Source: Deltaproteobacteria bacterium (GTDB lineage Bacteria; Myxococcota_A; UBA9160; SMWR01). From it: a DNA stretch of 40,421 nt. A program made the position numbers and the translations under genes. The notes under the pieces are model-generated. The model ran no database searches, was not told the origin of the DNA, and saw only the letters and a program-made list of their open reading frames with translations. Each line of letters starts with the position of its first letter. Position 1 is the first letter of the stretch. Shown here in pieces: positions 18,457 through 27,978 of the stretch. The DNA lies in assembly GCA_032128115.1 (NCBI GenBank), contig JAQBHB010000065.1, positions 1-40,421 of the forward strand, read 5' to 3'.

Positions 18457-19418
18457 CGCCTCGCGTCCTGGAAGGGCTCGAAGACCTGGATTCGATCATT
18501 CCCGAAGTCCACGACGAAGATTCGACCGTCGGGCCCGATGTCGAGGTCTGTGGGCCGCTCGAATTCACCGGGACCCTTTCCCTGCGAGCCGAACGCGGAA
18601 CGAAGCTGGCCCTGCGCACCGAACACCTGGATTCGATGATTCTCGAAATCGGCCACGTAGATTCGACCAGCGCCGTCCGTCGCCACCCCGGAGGCGATTC
18701 GAAACGAGCCCGGGCGGGAGCCGGGGAGGCCAGAGCCCCATACGCCACCGAAACGGAGTAGGGCTTCCCCATCGGGTGTGAAGAGCTGGATTCGATGGTT
18801 GTAGGCATCGGCGACGACGAGCCGCCCCTCGATCCAATCGAGGTCAGTCGGATAGTGGAGTCGCCCGGGAAGGAGTCGCCCGGGCACGCCGATCAGGTTT
18901 CGGAAGCTCCCGTTCTGGCCGAAGCGAATGACGCGATGGTTGTAGAAGTCCGCAACGTAGATATCCCCATTCGGAGCAACAAGAACGCCCGCCGCGCCGT
19001 CGAAGCTCCCAGCCGGAGTGCCGTCACCCCGGACCTCGCGGAGAAGCTCTCCCTCCGGGGAGAACAGCTGGACCCGGTCGCCGCCGAGTTCCGAGACGTA
19101 GAGAACTCCCCCGTCATCGACGTCGATGTCCATCGGCCTTCGGAACTCGCCTGGGCGCTCGCCCGAGGTCCCGAACATCCAGAGGAACTTCCCGCGCGGC
19201 GAGAAAGCCTGAACGCGGTCGTTCCCCGCATCCGCAACGAAGACAGTGCCGTCCTTGGCAACGGCAAGGCCGGTCGGCCGACTGAACTCTCCCGGCCCAG
19301 TCCCGCTCGTCCCCCAGACGTCTAGGACCGTGGGTCCGTCGACGCCTGCGCCCGTGCAGCCCAGGCTCGCCACCACGGCACAGGCCGGAAGTACGAGGAG
19401 ATGAACACCGCGTCTCAC
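18453..19418 (-). CDS. NHL-repeat beta-propeller lipoprotein
   Basis: Lipobox-like SLGC; six repeats like GEFSRPTGLAV..VFVADAGNDRVQ. Confidence 0.88.
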   Translation of the reverse strand: MRRGVHLLVLPACAVVASLGCTGAGVDGPTVLDVWGTSGTGPGEFSRPTGLAVAKDGTVFVADAGNDRVQAFSPRGKFLWMFGTSGERPGEFRRPMDIDVDDGGVLYVSELGGDRVQLFSPEGELLREVRGDGTPAGSFDGAAGVLVAPNGDIYVADFYNHRVIRFGQNGSFRNLIGVPGRLLPGRLHYPTDLDWIEGRLVVADAYNHRIQLFTPDGEALLRFGGVWGSGLPGSRPGSFRIASGVATDGAGRIYVADFENHRIQVFGAQGQLRSAFGSQGKGPGEFERPTDLDIGPDGRIFVVDFGNDRIQVFEPFQDARR

Positions 19419-19951
19419 TCGCCTGGCGACTCCACCGGCTCGACCTGCTCCACGGTAAGAGACGGAAGACCGTCGCGGTGTGAGTGAACCTCGCCCCCGA
19501 TCAGGACGGCCCCGCCCGCGGCCGCGCTTCGGAGGCGCTCCAGGGTCTCTGGGGAAAGCAGCCGCGCGGTTCCATCTCCCTTCTCTATCAGCCGAAAGCG
19601 TTCCGTCGGACCGACCCGAAGGGTCTCCCAGTCGCCCTCCCTAACCAGCGTGCCTCGCGCCACGAGCTGGAGGCCCGCCAGCTCGAACCCCGAAGCGCCG
19701 ACGGCCCCTTCGAGGTCGCGGACCGTCGCGGCGTTGTCCTCCAGGAATACCAGGCGAATCTGCCCCTCGTCGAGGAGGATCTCGATCTCGTGCACCCCGT
19801 CGACCTTGCGGAGCTTCTTCTCGATGCCGAAGGCACAGAAAGGACAGGTAAGACCGTTGACGCGGAGCTCTGCCGTGCGAATTTCTGCTCGGGCGGGAAG
19901 CACCGCGAGCGAAATCCCGAGCGCGATCGTGAGTACGGCTCCCTTGTTCAT
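19415..19951 (-). CDS. Secreted HMA-domain protein with C-terminal extension
   Basis: Signal peptide then VNGLTCPFCAFGIEKKL; start chosen at MNKGAV. Confidence 0.82.
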   Translation of the reverse strand: MNKGAVLTIALGISLAVLPARAEIRTAELRVNGLTCPFCAFGIEKKLRKVDGVHEIEILLDEGQIRLVFLEDNAATVRDLEGAVGASGFELAGLQLVARGTLVREGDWETLRVGPTERFRLIEKGDGTARLLSPETLERLRSAAAGGAVLIGGEVHSHRDGLPSLTVEQVEPVESPGE

Positions 19952-20018
19952 TCGGGCTTCTCCTTTTTGTTCCCTTGTGCACGCTGGCGAGTGCAGCCGG
20001 CTGTTCCAGCCCGCCGGA

Positions 20019-20312
20019 TCAACCAGGCCACCAGCCCAGGCGGAACGCCCAGAGCGCCCCAACGAGCGGGGCCGACACCCACACCACTGCCCGCACCCAC
20101 CAGGGCCCGCGTCGCTCGACCTGCGCCAGGTACAGACCCCGGGCGAGAAACGCAACGCTTGCAATCAGAAAGAGCGGCGTCGCAGACTCGAGGGCTGTTC
20201 CGACCCCCGCGCTGGCGACGCCGGAGAGCGCAAACGCAGCGGGCGCAATACAGCACCAAGGGAGCGCCGCGAGGCCCGAGCCCACGACAGACCGAATCGT
20301 GCTTTCGCTCAT
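20019..20312 (-). CDS. MerT-like small membrane metal transporter
   Basis: Vicinal Cys pair WCCIAP in TM1; three hydrophobic segments. Confidence 0.65.
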   Translation of the reverse strand: MSESTIRSVVGSGLAALPWCCIAPAAFALSGVASAGVGTALESATPLFLIASVAFLARGLYLAQVERRGPWWVRAVVWVSAPLVGALWAFRLGWWPG

Positions 20313-20325
20313 GGGTCCCTCCAGT

Positions 20326-20727
20326 TCATCCGCCTCTCTCGACGTCGAGTGAGCGAAGAATCGAGCAGCCACTCTTGGGGCCGCGACCGGGGCACTCCTC
20401 CGTGAGCTTTCGAAGCGCTCTTCGCATCCGCTGGAGAGCGCGGATCTTGCCTTCGAGGTCGACAAGCTTCTCTTCCGCGCGCTCCTTCACGTCTCCCGCG
20501 GTCGCAGCTGGGTTCCGTTCGAGGGAGAGGAGCTCGGAAATCTCCTTCAGCGAGAACCCCAGCTCCTTGGCTCGCCTGATGAACCGAAGGCTCACGACTA
20601 CGTCCGGCGAATAGACCCGGTAGCCGGATGGCCGGCGGGCAGGCTTCGGAATCAGTCCCTCGCGCTCGTAGAAACGGATGGCGTCGATGCCCACGCCCGC
20701 CGCGTTCGCCACTTCACCGATCTTCAT
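20326..20727 (-). CDS. MerR-family heavy-metal-responsive regulator
   Basis: MKIGEVA..IRFYEREGL..GYRVY..FIRRAKELGFSLKEI; metal loop CPGRGPKSGC. Confidence 0.93.
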   Translation of the reverse strand: MKIGEVANAAGVGIDAIRFYEREGLIPKPARRPSGYRVYSPDVVVSLRFIRRAKELGFSLKEISELLSLERNPAATAGDVKERAEEKLVDLEGKIRALQRMRRALRKLTEECPGRGPKSGCSILRSLDVERGG

Positions 20728-20748
20728 GTCGCCCTCTCTCATGTCAGG

Positions 20749-20780
20749 AGGATAGACCGTGGACTGTAGTCCAGAGTCAA
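20749..20780 (-). promoter_or_regulatory. MerR-type promoter with 20-bp spacer and dyad operator
   Basis: TTGACT-ctggactacagtccacggtc-TATCCT; dyad TGGACT-AC-AGTCCA. Confidence 0.85.
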
Positions 20781-21129
20781 GAGTAGACGCAGACGGTCCC
20801 TTCCCCGCCATAGACGCACGGAACGGTCAAGTCCTATCACCGGGCGCGGCCCGTGAATCGAGACGGCGGTCGTGTCTCCCTTTTCGCAGCCTAACGGGCG
20901 CTCGGGAGTGCGCACCCTACGGAGCCAGAACGCGGGAGGCTCCGCCCGTTCCAAATGGCAGGTGCCGTCCGCTTCCCGCTCGCGGTGAGCAAGCCTCAGA
21001 TCGAGAAGCATCACGACACCCGATCCCGAGCGAATTGTCGTGAAGTCGACCGGAGGCTATGAGCGATTGGTCGTCCGGAGATTGGTCGCCCAGAAGCTCG
21101 CCGAGGCCGGCCTTCCCGTGGTCCTGCCC

Positions 21130-24100
21130 TCAGGAGGCGTTTCCCCTCGTCTCCTTCGGCAATTTCGCGCCGCGCACCAGCGCGAAGATCACGGGGATGA
21201 CCACGAGGGTCAGCACTGTCGCCGAGACAAGCCCCCCAACCATCGGGGCGGCGATTCGGCGCATCGTCTCCGAGCCCGTGCCCGTCCCCCACATGATGGG
21301 CAGGAGGCCCACGATCGTCGACGTGACAGTCATCATGATCGGGCGCAGGCGGAGCCCGGCCCCTTCGCGGACCGCCGCGAGCAGGTCGGCCTTTGTCTGC
21401 AGCCGGTCCTCGCGCTGGTAGCGGGCGACGGCCTCCTCGAGGAAGACGAGCAGGATGACACCGAGCTCCGCCGAGACGCCGGCCAGGGCGATGAAACCGA
21501 CGCCCACGGCGACGGAGAGGTCGTAGTCGAGGAGCCAGAGGAGCCAGACGCCTCCGATCAGCCCGAAGGGGAGGGACAGCATCACGATCAAGGTGTCCGA
21601 GAGCCGTCGGAAGTTGAGGTAGAGCAGCAGGAAGATGATTCCGAGCGCGATCGGCACGACCACCCGCAGGCGCTCCGCGGCGCGCTCCATGTACTCGTAC
21701 TGCCCGCTCCATACGAGGCTATAGCCGGCCGGAAGCTCGAATTCGCGTTCCAGAGTCTGCTTGGCCCGGTTGACCCACGTCCCGACGTCGACGCCGGACA
21801 GGTCGACGTAGATCCAGGCGTTGAGCCGAGCGTTCTCGCTCTTGATCGACGGCGGGCCCTTTCGGATCACGATATTCGCCAGCTGGGAGAGGGGAACCTG
21901 GGCGCCCGTGGGGGTCGGGACGAGCACCCGCCGCAGACTCGTGAGGTTGTCGCGTAGCTCCCGCGGATAGCGCAGGTTCACGGGGTAGCGCTCGCGCCCC
22001 TCGACGGTGAAGGTGACATTTTTCCCGCCGATGGCCGACTGGATGACGTCCTGCACGTCACCGATCGTGAGGCCGTAGCGGGCGATCTCGCGGCGGTCGA
22101 TGTCGTAATCGAGGTAGTTGCCGCCGACGACGCGCTCGGCGTACACGCTGAGTGTGCCGGGCTCGTTCTGGAGGATCGCCTCGATCTGCGCGCCGAGCTC
22201 CTGGAGGATCGCGAGGTCCGGCCCGGCGACCTTGATACCGACCGGTGTCTTGATTCCCGTCGAGAGCATGTCGATGCGCGTCTTGATGGGCATCGTCCAG
22301 GCGTTCGTCACACCGGGCAGTCGCACGGCCTGGTCGAGCTCCGCGATCAGCTTATGGATCGTCATGCCCGGCCGCCACTCCTCGGGTGGCTTCAAGGTGA
22401 TGGTGGTTTCGATCATCGAGAGCGGTGCCGGGTCGGTGGCGGTCTCGGCTCGGCCGATCTTGCCGAAGACGTGATGGACCTCCGGGAACTGGAGGATCAT
22501 GCGGTCGGTCTGCTGCAGGATCTCGCGCGCCTTCGTGATCGAGATGCCTGGCAGGGTGGTGGGCATGTAGAGGAGGTCGCCCTCGTTGAGTGGCGGCATG
22601 AACTCCGATCCCAGCTGCCGGAAGGGGACTACCGTGGCTGCGAGAACCGCGACGGCGCCTGCGATCACGAGGAGCTTGCGCCGCAGAACGAAGTGGATGA
22701 CGGGCGCGTAGAGCCAAAGCAGGAGTCGGTTCAGCGGGTTGCGGTGCTCGGGAACGATCTTGCCCCGGATGAACACGATCATGAGGAGCGGCACGATGGT
22801 GATGGCGAGGAACGCAGACCCCGCCATGGCGTAGGTCTTGGTGAAGGCGAGCGGGGAGAAGAGGCGTCCTTCCTGCGCCTGAAGGCTGAACACCGGGAGG
22901 AACGAGACGGTGATGATCAGCAGCGAGAAGAAGAGCGCGGGGCCCACCTCGCTGGCGGCGTCGATCAGGATCTCCGTTCGCGGCTTCTTCCCCTCGTCGC
23001 GCTCCAGGTGCTTGTGCGCGTTTTCGACCATCACGACGGCAGCGTCGACCATGGCGCCGATCGCAATGGCGATTCCGCCGAGCGACATGATGTTCGCGTT
23101 GAGCCCCTGGTGGTACATGACGATGAAGGAGATGAGGATCCCGAGCGGCAGCGTCAGGATGGCGACGAAGGCGCTGCGGAGGTGGACCAGAAAGACCACG
23201 CACACCAGGGCGACGATGGCAATCTCCTCGAGGAGCTTTTCCTGGAGGTTGTCGACGGCGCGCTCGATGAGGCTGGAACGATCGTAGACCGCGACGATCT
23301 CGACGCCGGGAGGCAGGCCGGCCTTCAGCGTCTCGAGCTTCTCCTTCACCCTCCGGATGACCTCGAGCGCGTTCTCGCCGAAGCGGATGATCACGATGCC
23401 GGCTGCGACCTCGCCCTCGCCGTTCAGGTCCGTGAGGCCGCGCCGAAGCTCCGGGCCCGTGTGGACGTGAGCCACATCCTTGAGCAGCACCGGTGTACCG
23501 CGCCCATCGGTCCCGATGGCGATCTGCTCCAGGTCCTGGATGGATTCGATGTAGCCCCGCCCGCGGACCATGAACTCGGTCTCGGCCATCTCGATGAGGC
23601 GACCGCCCACGTCGCTGTTGCTGCGCTGGATCGCGCGGTGGACCTGCGCCAGCGGGATGCCGTAGGAGGCGAGGGCGTTGGGATCGGCCTCGACCTGATA
23701 CTGGCGGACGACGCCCCCGAGGGAGGCAACCTCCGACACCCCCGCAACCGTCTGGAGCTCGTAGCGCAGGTACCAGTCCTGGATGGAACGGAGATCGGCG
23801 AGATCGCGCTCGCCCGTTCGATCGACCAGGGCGTACTCGTAGACCCAGCCGACCCCGGTGGCGTCGGGGCCCAACGACGGCGTGACGCCCGGCGGAAGCC
23901 GCCCCGACACGAAGTTGAGGTACTCGAGCACGCGAGAGCGCGCCCAGTAGAGATCGGTCCCGTCTTCGAAAATCACGTAGACGAACGAGAACCCGAAGAA
24001 CGAATATCCGCGCACGGTCTTGGCGAAGGGGACCGCGAGCATCGACGTGGTGAGCGGGTAGGTGACCTGGTCCTCGACGACCTGGGGCGCCTGGCCTGGA

Positions 24101-24258
24101 TACTCGGTAAAGACGATCACCTGGACGTCGGAGAGGTCCGGAATCGCGTCGAGCGGCATGTTGTAGACGGCGTAGCTGCCCCAGAGGATGAGCCCCACGG
24201 TCGCGAGACCGACGAGCAGCGGGTTGCGGGCGGAGCCAGCGATGATGCGTCGCAGCAT
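21130..24258 (-). CDS. cusA: Cu(I)/Ag(I) efflux RND permease CusA
   Basis: LDAIPDLSDVQV, GPDATGVGWV, EFMPPLNEG, DPAPLSMIET, WTMPIKTRIDML (CusA Met-site context). Confidence 0.93.
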   Translation of the reverse strand: MLRRIIAGSARNPLLVGLATVGLILWGSYAVYNMPLDAIPDLSDVQVIVFTEYPGQAPQVVEDQVTYPLTTSMLAVPFAKTVRGYSFFGFSFVYVIFEDGTDLYWARSRVLEYLNFVSGRLPPGVTPSLGPDATGVGWVYEYALVDRTGERDLADLRSIQDWYLRYELQTVAGVSEVASLGGVVRQYQVEADPNALASYGIPLAQVHRAIQRSNSDVGGRLIEMAETEFMVRGRGYIESIQDLEQIAIGTDGRGTPVLLKDVAHVHTGPELRRGLTDLNGEGEVAAGIVIIRFGENALEVIRRVKEKLETLKAGLPPGVEIVAVYDRSSLIERAVDNLQEKLLEEIAIVALVCVVFLVHLRSAFVAILTLPLGILISFIVMYHQGLNANIMSLGGIAIAIGAMVDAAVVMVENAHKHLERDEGKKPRTEILIDAASEVGPALFFSLLIITVSFLPVFSLQAQEGRLFSPLAFTKTYAMAGSAFLAITIVPLLMIVFIRGKIVPEHRNPLNRLLLWLYAPVIHFVLRRKLLVIAGAVAVLAATVVPFRQLGSEFMPPLNEGDLLYMPTTLPGISITKAREILQQTDRMILQFPEVHHVFGKIGRAETATDPAPLSMIETTITLKPPEEWRPGMTIHKLIAELDQAVRLPGVTNAWTMPIKTRIDMLSTGIKTPVGIKVAGPDLAILQELGAQIEAILQNEPGTLSVYAERVVGGNYLDYDIDRREIARYGLTIGDVQDVIQSAIGGKNVTFTVEGRERYPVNLRYPRELRDNLTSLRRVLVPTPTGAQVPLSQLANIVIRKGPPSIKSENARLNAWIYVDLSGVDVGTWVNRAKQTLEREFELPAGYSLVWSGQYEYMERAAERLRVVVPIALGIIFLLLYLNFRRLSDTLIVMLSLPFGLIGGVWLLWLLDYDLSVAVGVGFIALAGVSAELGVILLVFLEEAVARYQREDRLQTKADLLAAVREGAGLRLRPIMMTVTSTIVGLLPIMWGTGTGSETMRRIAAPMVGGLVSATVLTLVVIPVIFALVRGAKLPKETRGNAS

Positions 24259-24261
24259 CGG

Positions 24262-25635
24262 CTACTCCTCCGCGGGCGCTTCGCGCGGCCCCGGCGTCTG
24301 GGCCTGGCCATCCATCGCGTGGCCGGCGTGCCCCTCGTGCTCCGCGTCCGGCGCGGACTTCGCCGAAACCAGCTTCTGCACGGCCTCCTGGAGCTTGCTC
24401 TCGCTGTCGATCAGGAACTGACCCGACGTGACGACGCGCTCACCCGCCGCGAGGCCATCCCGCACCTCCACCCAGCCGTCGCCGGAATCGACTCCGAGCA
24501 ACACGTCTCGCGGCGCGAATCGCCCCTCCCCGAGTGCCACGATCGCCAGCGAGCGTTGCCCGGAGCGAATGATGGCCTCCTCGGGAACGACGAGGACATC
24601 TTCGAGGGTCTCCGTTTCGATTGTCACGTTCGCGAACATGTCCGGTTTCAACGTGATCCCCGGATTGGGGAACTCCAGGCGAACCCGCACCGTCCGGGTC
24701 TTGGGATCCAGGAAGGGATACACGTACGTGACTTCGCCTTCGAAGCTCTTTCCGGGGAGATAGCTGAGCTTCGCAACACCTCGTTGGCCCGCGGCGATCC
24801 AGGGCAGCTCGTACTCGTACACATCCGCGTAGATCCAGATATGGGAAAGATCGGCGATCGTGTACAGCCGCATGTTGGGATCGACCTCCATGCCCTTGCG
24901 AACCATCAGGTCGACCACCACGCCGGGGCCGGGCGCGTAGAGGGTCAGGTTCTTGCGGACCTGGCGCGTTTCGAGAAGGCGCTCGATGTCCCGCTCGGGG
25001 ATGTCCCAGAGTTCCAGTCGGCGCCTGCTCGCTCGGAAGAGTGCTTCGCCTGCCTGAACGACGTCCTCGAATGAACTCCGAGCCGTGGAGTCGCGGTAGC
25101 GTGCTGCCTGGAGGAGTTCTTCCTGGGTCGAGACGAGTTCGGGTGAGTAGATCTCCAGCATGGGCTGGCCGCTCTCTACCATTTCGCCTTCGTACTCGAC
25201 GTAGAGCTTTTCGACCCAGCCTTGAATCTTCGTGTGCACATGGTCGACCAGGCGCTCGTCGTAGCCGACGCGGCCGACCGCGCGCACCTGGCGCGCGAGA
25301 TCGCGACGTGTGACCGGCGCCAGTCGAACCCCCATGTTCTGCACCAGCGCGGAGTCGATCTGCACGCCTCCGCCCCCGACCACCGCGCCCTCGCCCGGGC
25401 AGACGGGCACCAGATCCATGCCCATCGGGCCCTTGCCGGGCTCGTCGCGGACGTAGGTCGGGTCCATGGGCGCCTTCCAGTACAGGGCCTCGGCACCTCC
25501 CGGACAGGGACCCTCTCCTGCTGTCCTGCCAGGAGGTGAGGTACCACCGGGACCGCTCCGCGTTCCCGCCCACCAGCCACCCACTGCTGCAGCGACCACG
25601 AGTCCGATCACGGCGATCCAGTGTGTGGCCTTCAT
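24262..25635 (-). CDS. cusB: CusB-family periplasmic adaptor
   Basis: YWKAPMDP..GKGPMGMDLVP Met-rich domain, IYSPELVSTQEE, SGQFLIDSES; start MKATHW overlaps the tolC-like stop. Confidence 0.88.
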   Translation of the reverse strand: MKATHWIAVIGLVVAAAVGGWWAGTRSGPGGTSPPGRTAGEGPCPGGAEALYWKAPMDPTYVRDEPGKGPMGMDLVPVCPGEGAVVGGGGVQIDSALVQNMGVRLAPVTRRDLARQVRAVGRVGYDERLVDHVHTKIQGWVEKLYVEYEGEMVESGQPMLEIYSPELVSTQEELLQAARYRDSTARSSFEDVVQAGEALFRASRRRLELWDIPERDIERLLETRQVRKNLTLYAPGPGVVVDLMVRKGMEVDPNMRLYTIADLSHIWIYADVYEYELPWIAAGQRGVAKLSYLPGKSFEGEVTYVYPFLDPKTRTVRVRLEFPNPGITLKPDMFANVTIETETLEDVLVVPEEAIIRSGQRSLAIVALGEGRFAPRDVLLGVDSGDGWVEVRDGLAAGERVVTSGQFLIDSESKLQEAVQKLVSAKSAPDAEHEGHAGHAMDGQAQTPGPREAPAEE

Positions 25636-26966
25636 CGCAGCGATGCTCCCAGGCTGGCTTCGACGGCCGCGAAGGCGCTGCGTCGGTCCGCCACCGCGCG
25701 TTCGAGCCGGAGCTGGGCGTTCAGCAGTCGTACCTGGCTGTCGATCAGGCTCAGAAAGTCCACCTTGTCGACCTCGTAACCCGATCGGCTCGAATCGAGG
25801 GATTGACGCGCCTGCGGGAGGAGCCCCAGCTCTATGAGTCCGACCTCCCGATCCGCGCGCTCGAGATCTGCATAGTGCGCTCGCACGGAATCGCGTAGAG
25901 CTGCGCGGGATCTCCGATACTCTGCCTGGCTCTGTCGCAGCAGCGCATCCTGTTCCACGACCCGGGAACGCCACTTCTTGCGGTTCACAGGAAGGCGAAT
26001 CGTCACGCTCGCGCCGAGGAAGTCGTCGCCATTCACCGGGTCACCTGCGACGGACTGGCGGATGCGGTAGCCCAGGCCGAGATCGAAGTCGGGATAGCCC
26101 TCGAGCTGTGCCACGCGCTTCCGGTGCTCGGCTTCTTCGATTCGCTCGGCCAGGGCGCGCAGGCGCGGGCTCGTGGGCTCGAGCTGGTCGAGAAGCTGAG
26201 CAACGTCCGGTAGGGGCGCCGATTCCCGCAGAGCCTCGGTGCGGGGGAAGGGCGTCGCGGGGGTCAGGTCCAGAAGCTTCGCGAGGCGCGCTTCGGCGGT
26301 GCGGATCGAGGCATCACGCAGCAGGCGCTCATCGAGGAGTTCCGTGAGAGCGACCTGGGCGCGAATCACATCCTGCTGGAGCCCTGTGCCAACCCGGTAC
26401 TTCGCCTCGGCGATCTTGGTGAGCTGGCGCAGGAGGTCGATGTTCTCGACCGTAACGTCGAGCGCACGCTGAGCGAATCCGAGCTCGACCCAGGCTCGTT
26501 CGACAGCCGCGGCGACGCGGCGGGACTGGTCAACGACGTCCTCTTCCGAGGCGTCTGCCGCGGAACGCGCGGCATCGCGCTGGTTTCCGAGGAGGCCCGG
26601 GAAGGGGAGGTACTGGCTCAAGCCGAGCTGCTGGCCGGAGAGGGGAGTCGAATCGAGGTCGAAATCGCCCGTCGGCACATTGCTGAGCTCGTAGCGGAAG
26701 CGCGGATCCGGAAGCGCCCCGGCTGGGTAGACACGGGCCGCCGCAGCCTGGGCCACCGTACGTGCCACGTCGAGGTCGGGGTTGGTGATCTGGGCGCGAT
26801 CGAGGCACCAGCGGAGGGGCAACGGGCTGGGCGGCGCCTCGTCCTCGGTGCCAGTCGCCGGTGTGAGCACGTCGCTCGTCGTATTCAGCGTAGCGGCACT
26901 CGTCGCATCAACGACCAGAGCCAGAAAGCATCCAGAAAAATTCGCGATCGCGTATTTCGAAACCAT
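25632..26966 (-). CDS. TolC-family outer-membrane protein (CusC role)
   Basis: AGALPDP, QYLPFPG, YRVGTGLQQDVIRAQ, GYEVDKVDFLSLID. Confidence 0.9.
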   Translation of the reverse strand: MVSKYAIANFSGCFLALVVDATSAATLNTTSDVLTPATGTEDEAPPSPLPLRWCLDRAQITNPDLDVARTVAQAAAARVYPAGALPDPRFRYELSNVPTGDFDLDSTPLSGQQLGLSQYLPFPGLLGNQRDAARSAADASEEDVVDQSRRVAAAVERAWVELGFAQRALDVTVENIDLLRQLTKIAEAKYRVGTGLQQDVIRAQVALTELLDERLLRDASIRTAEARLAKLLDLTPATPFPRTEALRESAPLPDVAQLLDQLEPTSPRLRALAERIEEAEHRKRVAQLEGYPDFDLGLGYRIRQSVAGDPVNGDDFLGASVTIRLPVNRKKWRSRVVEQDALLRQSQAEYRRSRAALRDSVRAHYADLERADREVGLIELGLLPQARQSLDSSRSGYEVDKVDFLSLIDSQVRLLNAQLRLERAVADRRSAFAAVEASLGASLR

Positions 26967-27530
26967 CCACGCCTCCGAAATTCGAAGGGTTGCGGGCTCC
27001 CGGCCGCATCGATGCCAGGTCGGGCTGCGAGCCGCTCGCGCGGGGATCCCCCAGCGCGGAGCGGGCGGCCCGTCTCGAGCGTGAGGCGTGGGTTTAGAGC
27101 AGGAAGCTGGCGTTCTGGAGGATCAGGTCGGGTTGTCGTGGTGGGGCCTGGAGGGATCTCCGAACGGAGAGCGAAACAATCGGCACCCCGCTGGCCTGCA
27201 GGCTGATCGAGGCCGGCAATACCAGAAGGGAGGGCGGCGCGACTGTGGGTGAAGCCGTAACCAGCATTCGGGACACGAGGTCGCAGTGGTCCTCGCAAGA
27301 TCCGGTGTCTTCGTTGGGATGGGGCACACCGGCGTCTCGATCGGCTGCGCTGAGGTTGGCATCGGCACTCTGGGCATGGCGGTGTTTGCCGCAATGTCCG
27401 TCCCCTTGGGGCAGCGCCTCGGCGAACGCCGTTGCGCAGGGCGCGAACTGCAGCCACACGAAAAGCGCAGCGGCTGTGGCGGAAAGCTTCATCGTGTTTC
27501 CAGGCTAACCGACGATCGGCGATTCTGCGA
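26855..27530 (-). repeat. Copy 2 of the duplicated promoter/leader/TolC-signal module
   Basis: Reverse-complement similarity to 7677-8357. Confidence 0.92.
27094..27492 (-). CDS. Secreted His/Cys-rich leader protein upstream of the cus operon (CutF-like)
   Basis: Paralogue of 7715-8116; CEDHC motif, QAPP, identical tail PDLILQNASFLL. Confidence 0.75.
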   Translation of the reverse strand: MKLSATAAALFVWLQFAPCATAFAEALPQGDGHCGKHRHAQSADANLSAADRDAGVPHPNEDTGSCEDHCDLVSRMLVTASPTVAPPSLLVLPASISLQASGVPIVSLSVRRSLQAPPRQPDLILQNASFLL

Positions 27531-27655
27531 ACGTGGTGCTCGCAGGGCCTCATCGGTCCGAGCTCTCCTGGTCTTGAGATTCACTCCCCTGGTTGCGCGG
27601 ACCGCTCCGGTGTTGCACTTCGCCGCAGCGGCATCGTTGGCCCTCGCCCGCAGCG

Positions 27656-27680
27656 GTCACTTCCGCGGATTCGAGCCGTA
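27656..27680 (+). promoter_or_regulatory. Putative ECF promoter GTCAC-N16-CGTA
   Basis: Lies 10 nt before ATG 27691; one of nine copies. Confidence 0.72.
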
Positions 27681-27690
27681 CTACGGGTCG

Positions 27691-27978
27691 ATGCCGGAGA
27701 AGGAAGGACTGCGCCCCGAGGGCGATCTCCATCCCGATCTTGCGCGACAGGAATCCGCGGGAGGCCTCGGCACGTCGGGTCGCGTGGCCTTGGCCGTCTT
27801 TGCGGCCGCCGCGGCCTACTTCCTATGGACCGAGCACCGCGCCCACGTGATCCAGTACCTCCCCTGGGGGATTCTCGCCCTCTGCCCGCTAATGCACTTC
27901 TTCATGCACCGGGGCCATGGAGGCCACGGCTCTCGGGACTCAGGTTCTGGCTCTGGAAGGGGAGGGCGGGAGGCGTGA
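27691..27978 (+). CDS. DUF2933-like small membrane protein
   Basis: YFLWTEHRAH..LPWGILALCPLMHFFMHRGHGGH. Confidence 0.82.
   Translation: MPEKEGLRPEGDLHPDLARQESAGGLGTSGRVALAVFAAAAAYFLWTEHRAHVIQYLPWGILALCPLMHFFMHRGHGGHGSRDSGSGSGRGGREA

Noticed and set aside
20795..20830. Second TTGACC-led CueR-like operator upstream of the first merR
   Set aside because: No clean dyad and no -10 at 19-20 bp spacing.
4908..25074. Very long antisense ORFs (4908-6965, 11053-13512, 22354-25074 and similar)
   Set aside because: They mirror well-supported genes on the other strand; this is expected in high-GC DNA and they show no motifs.
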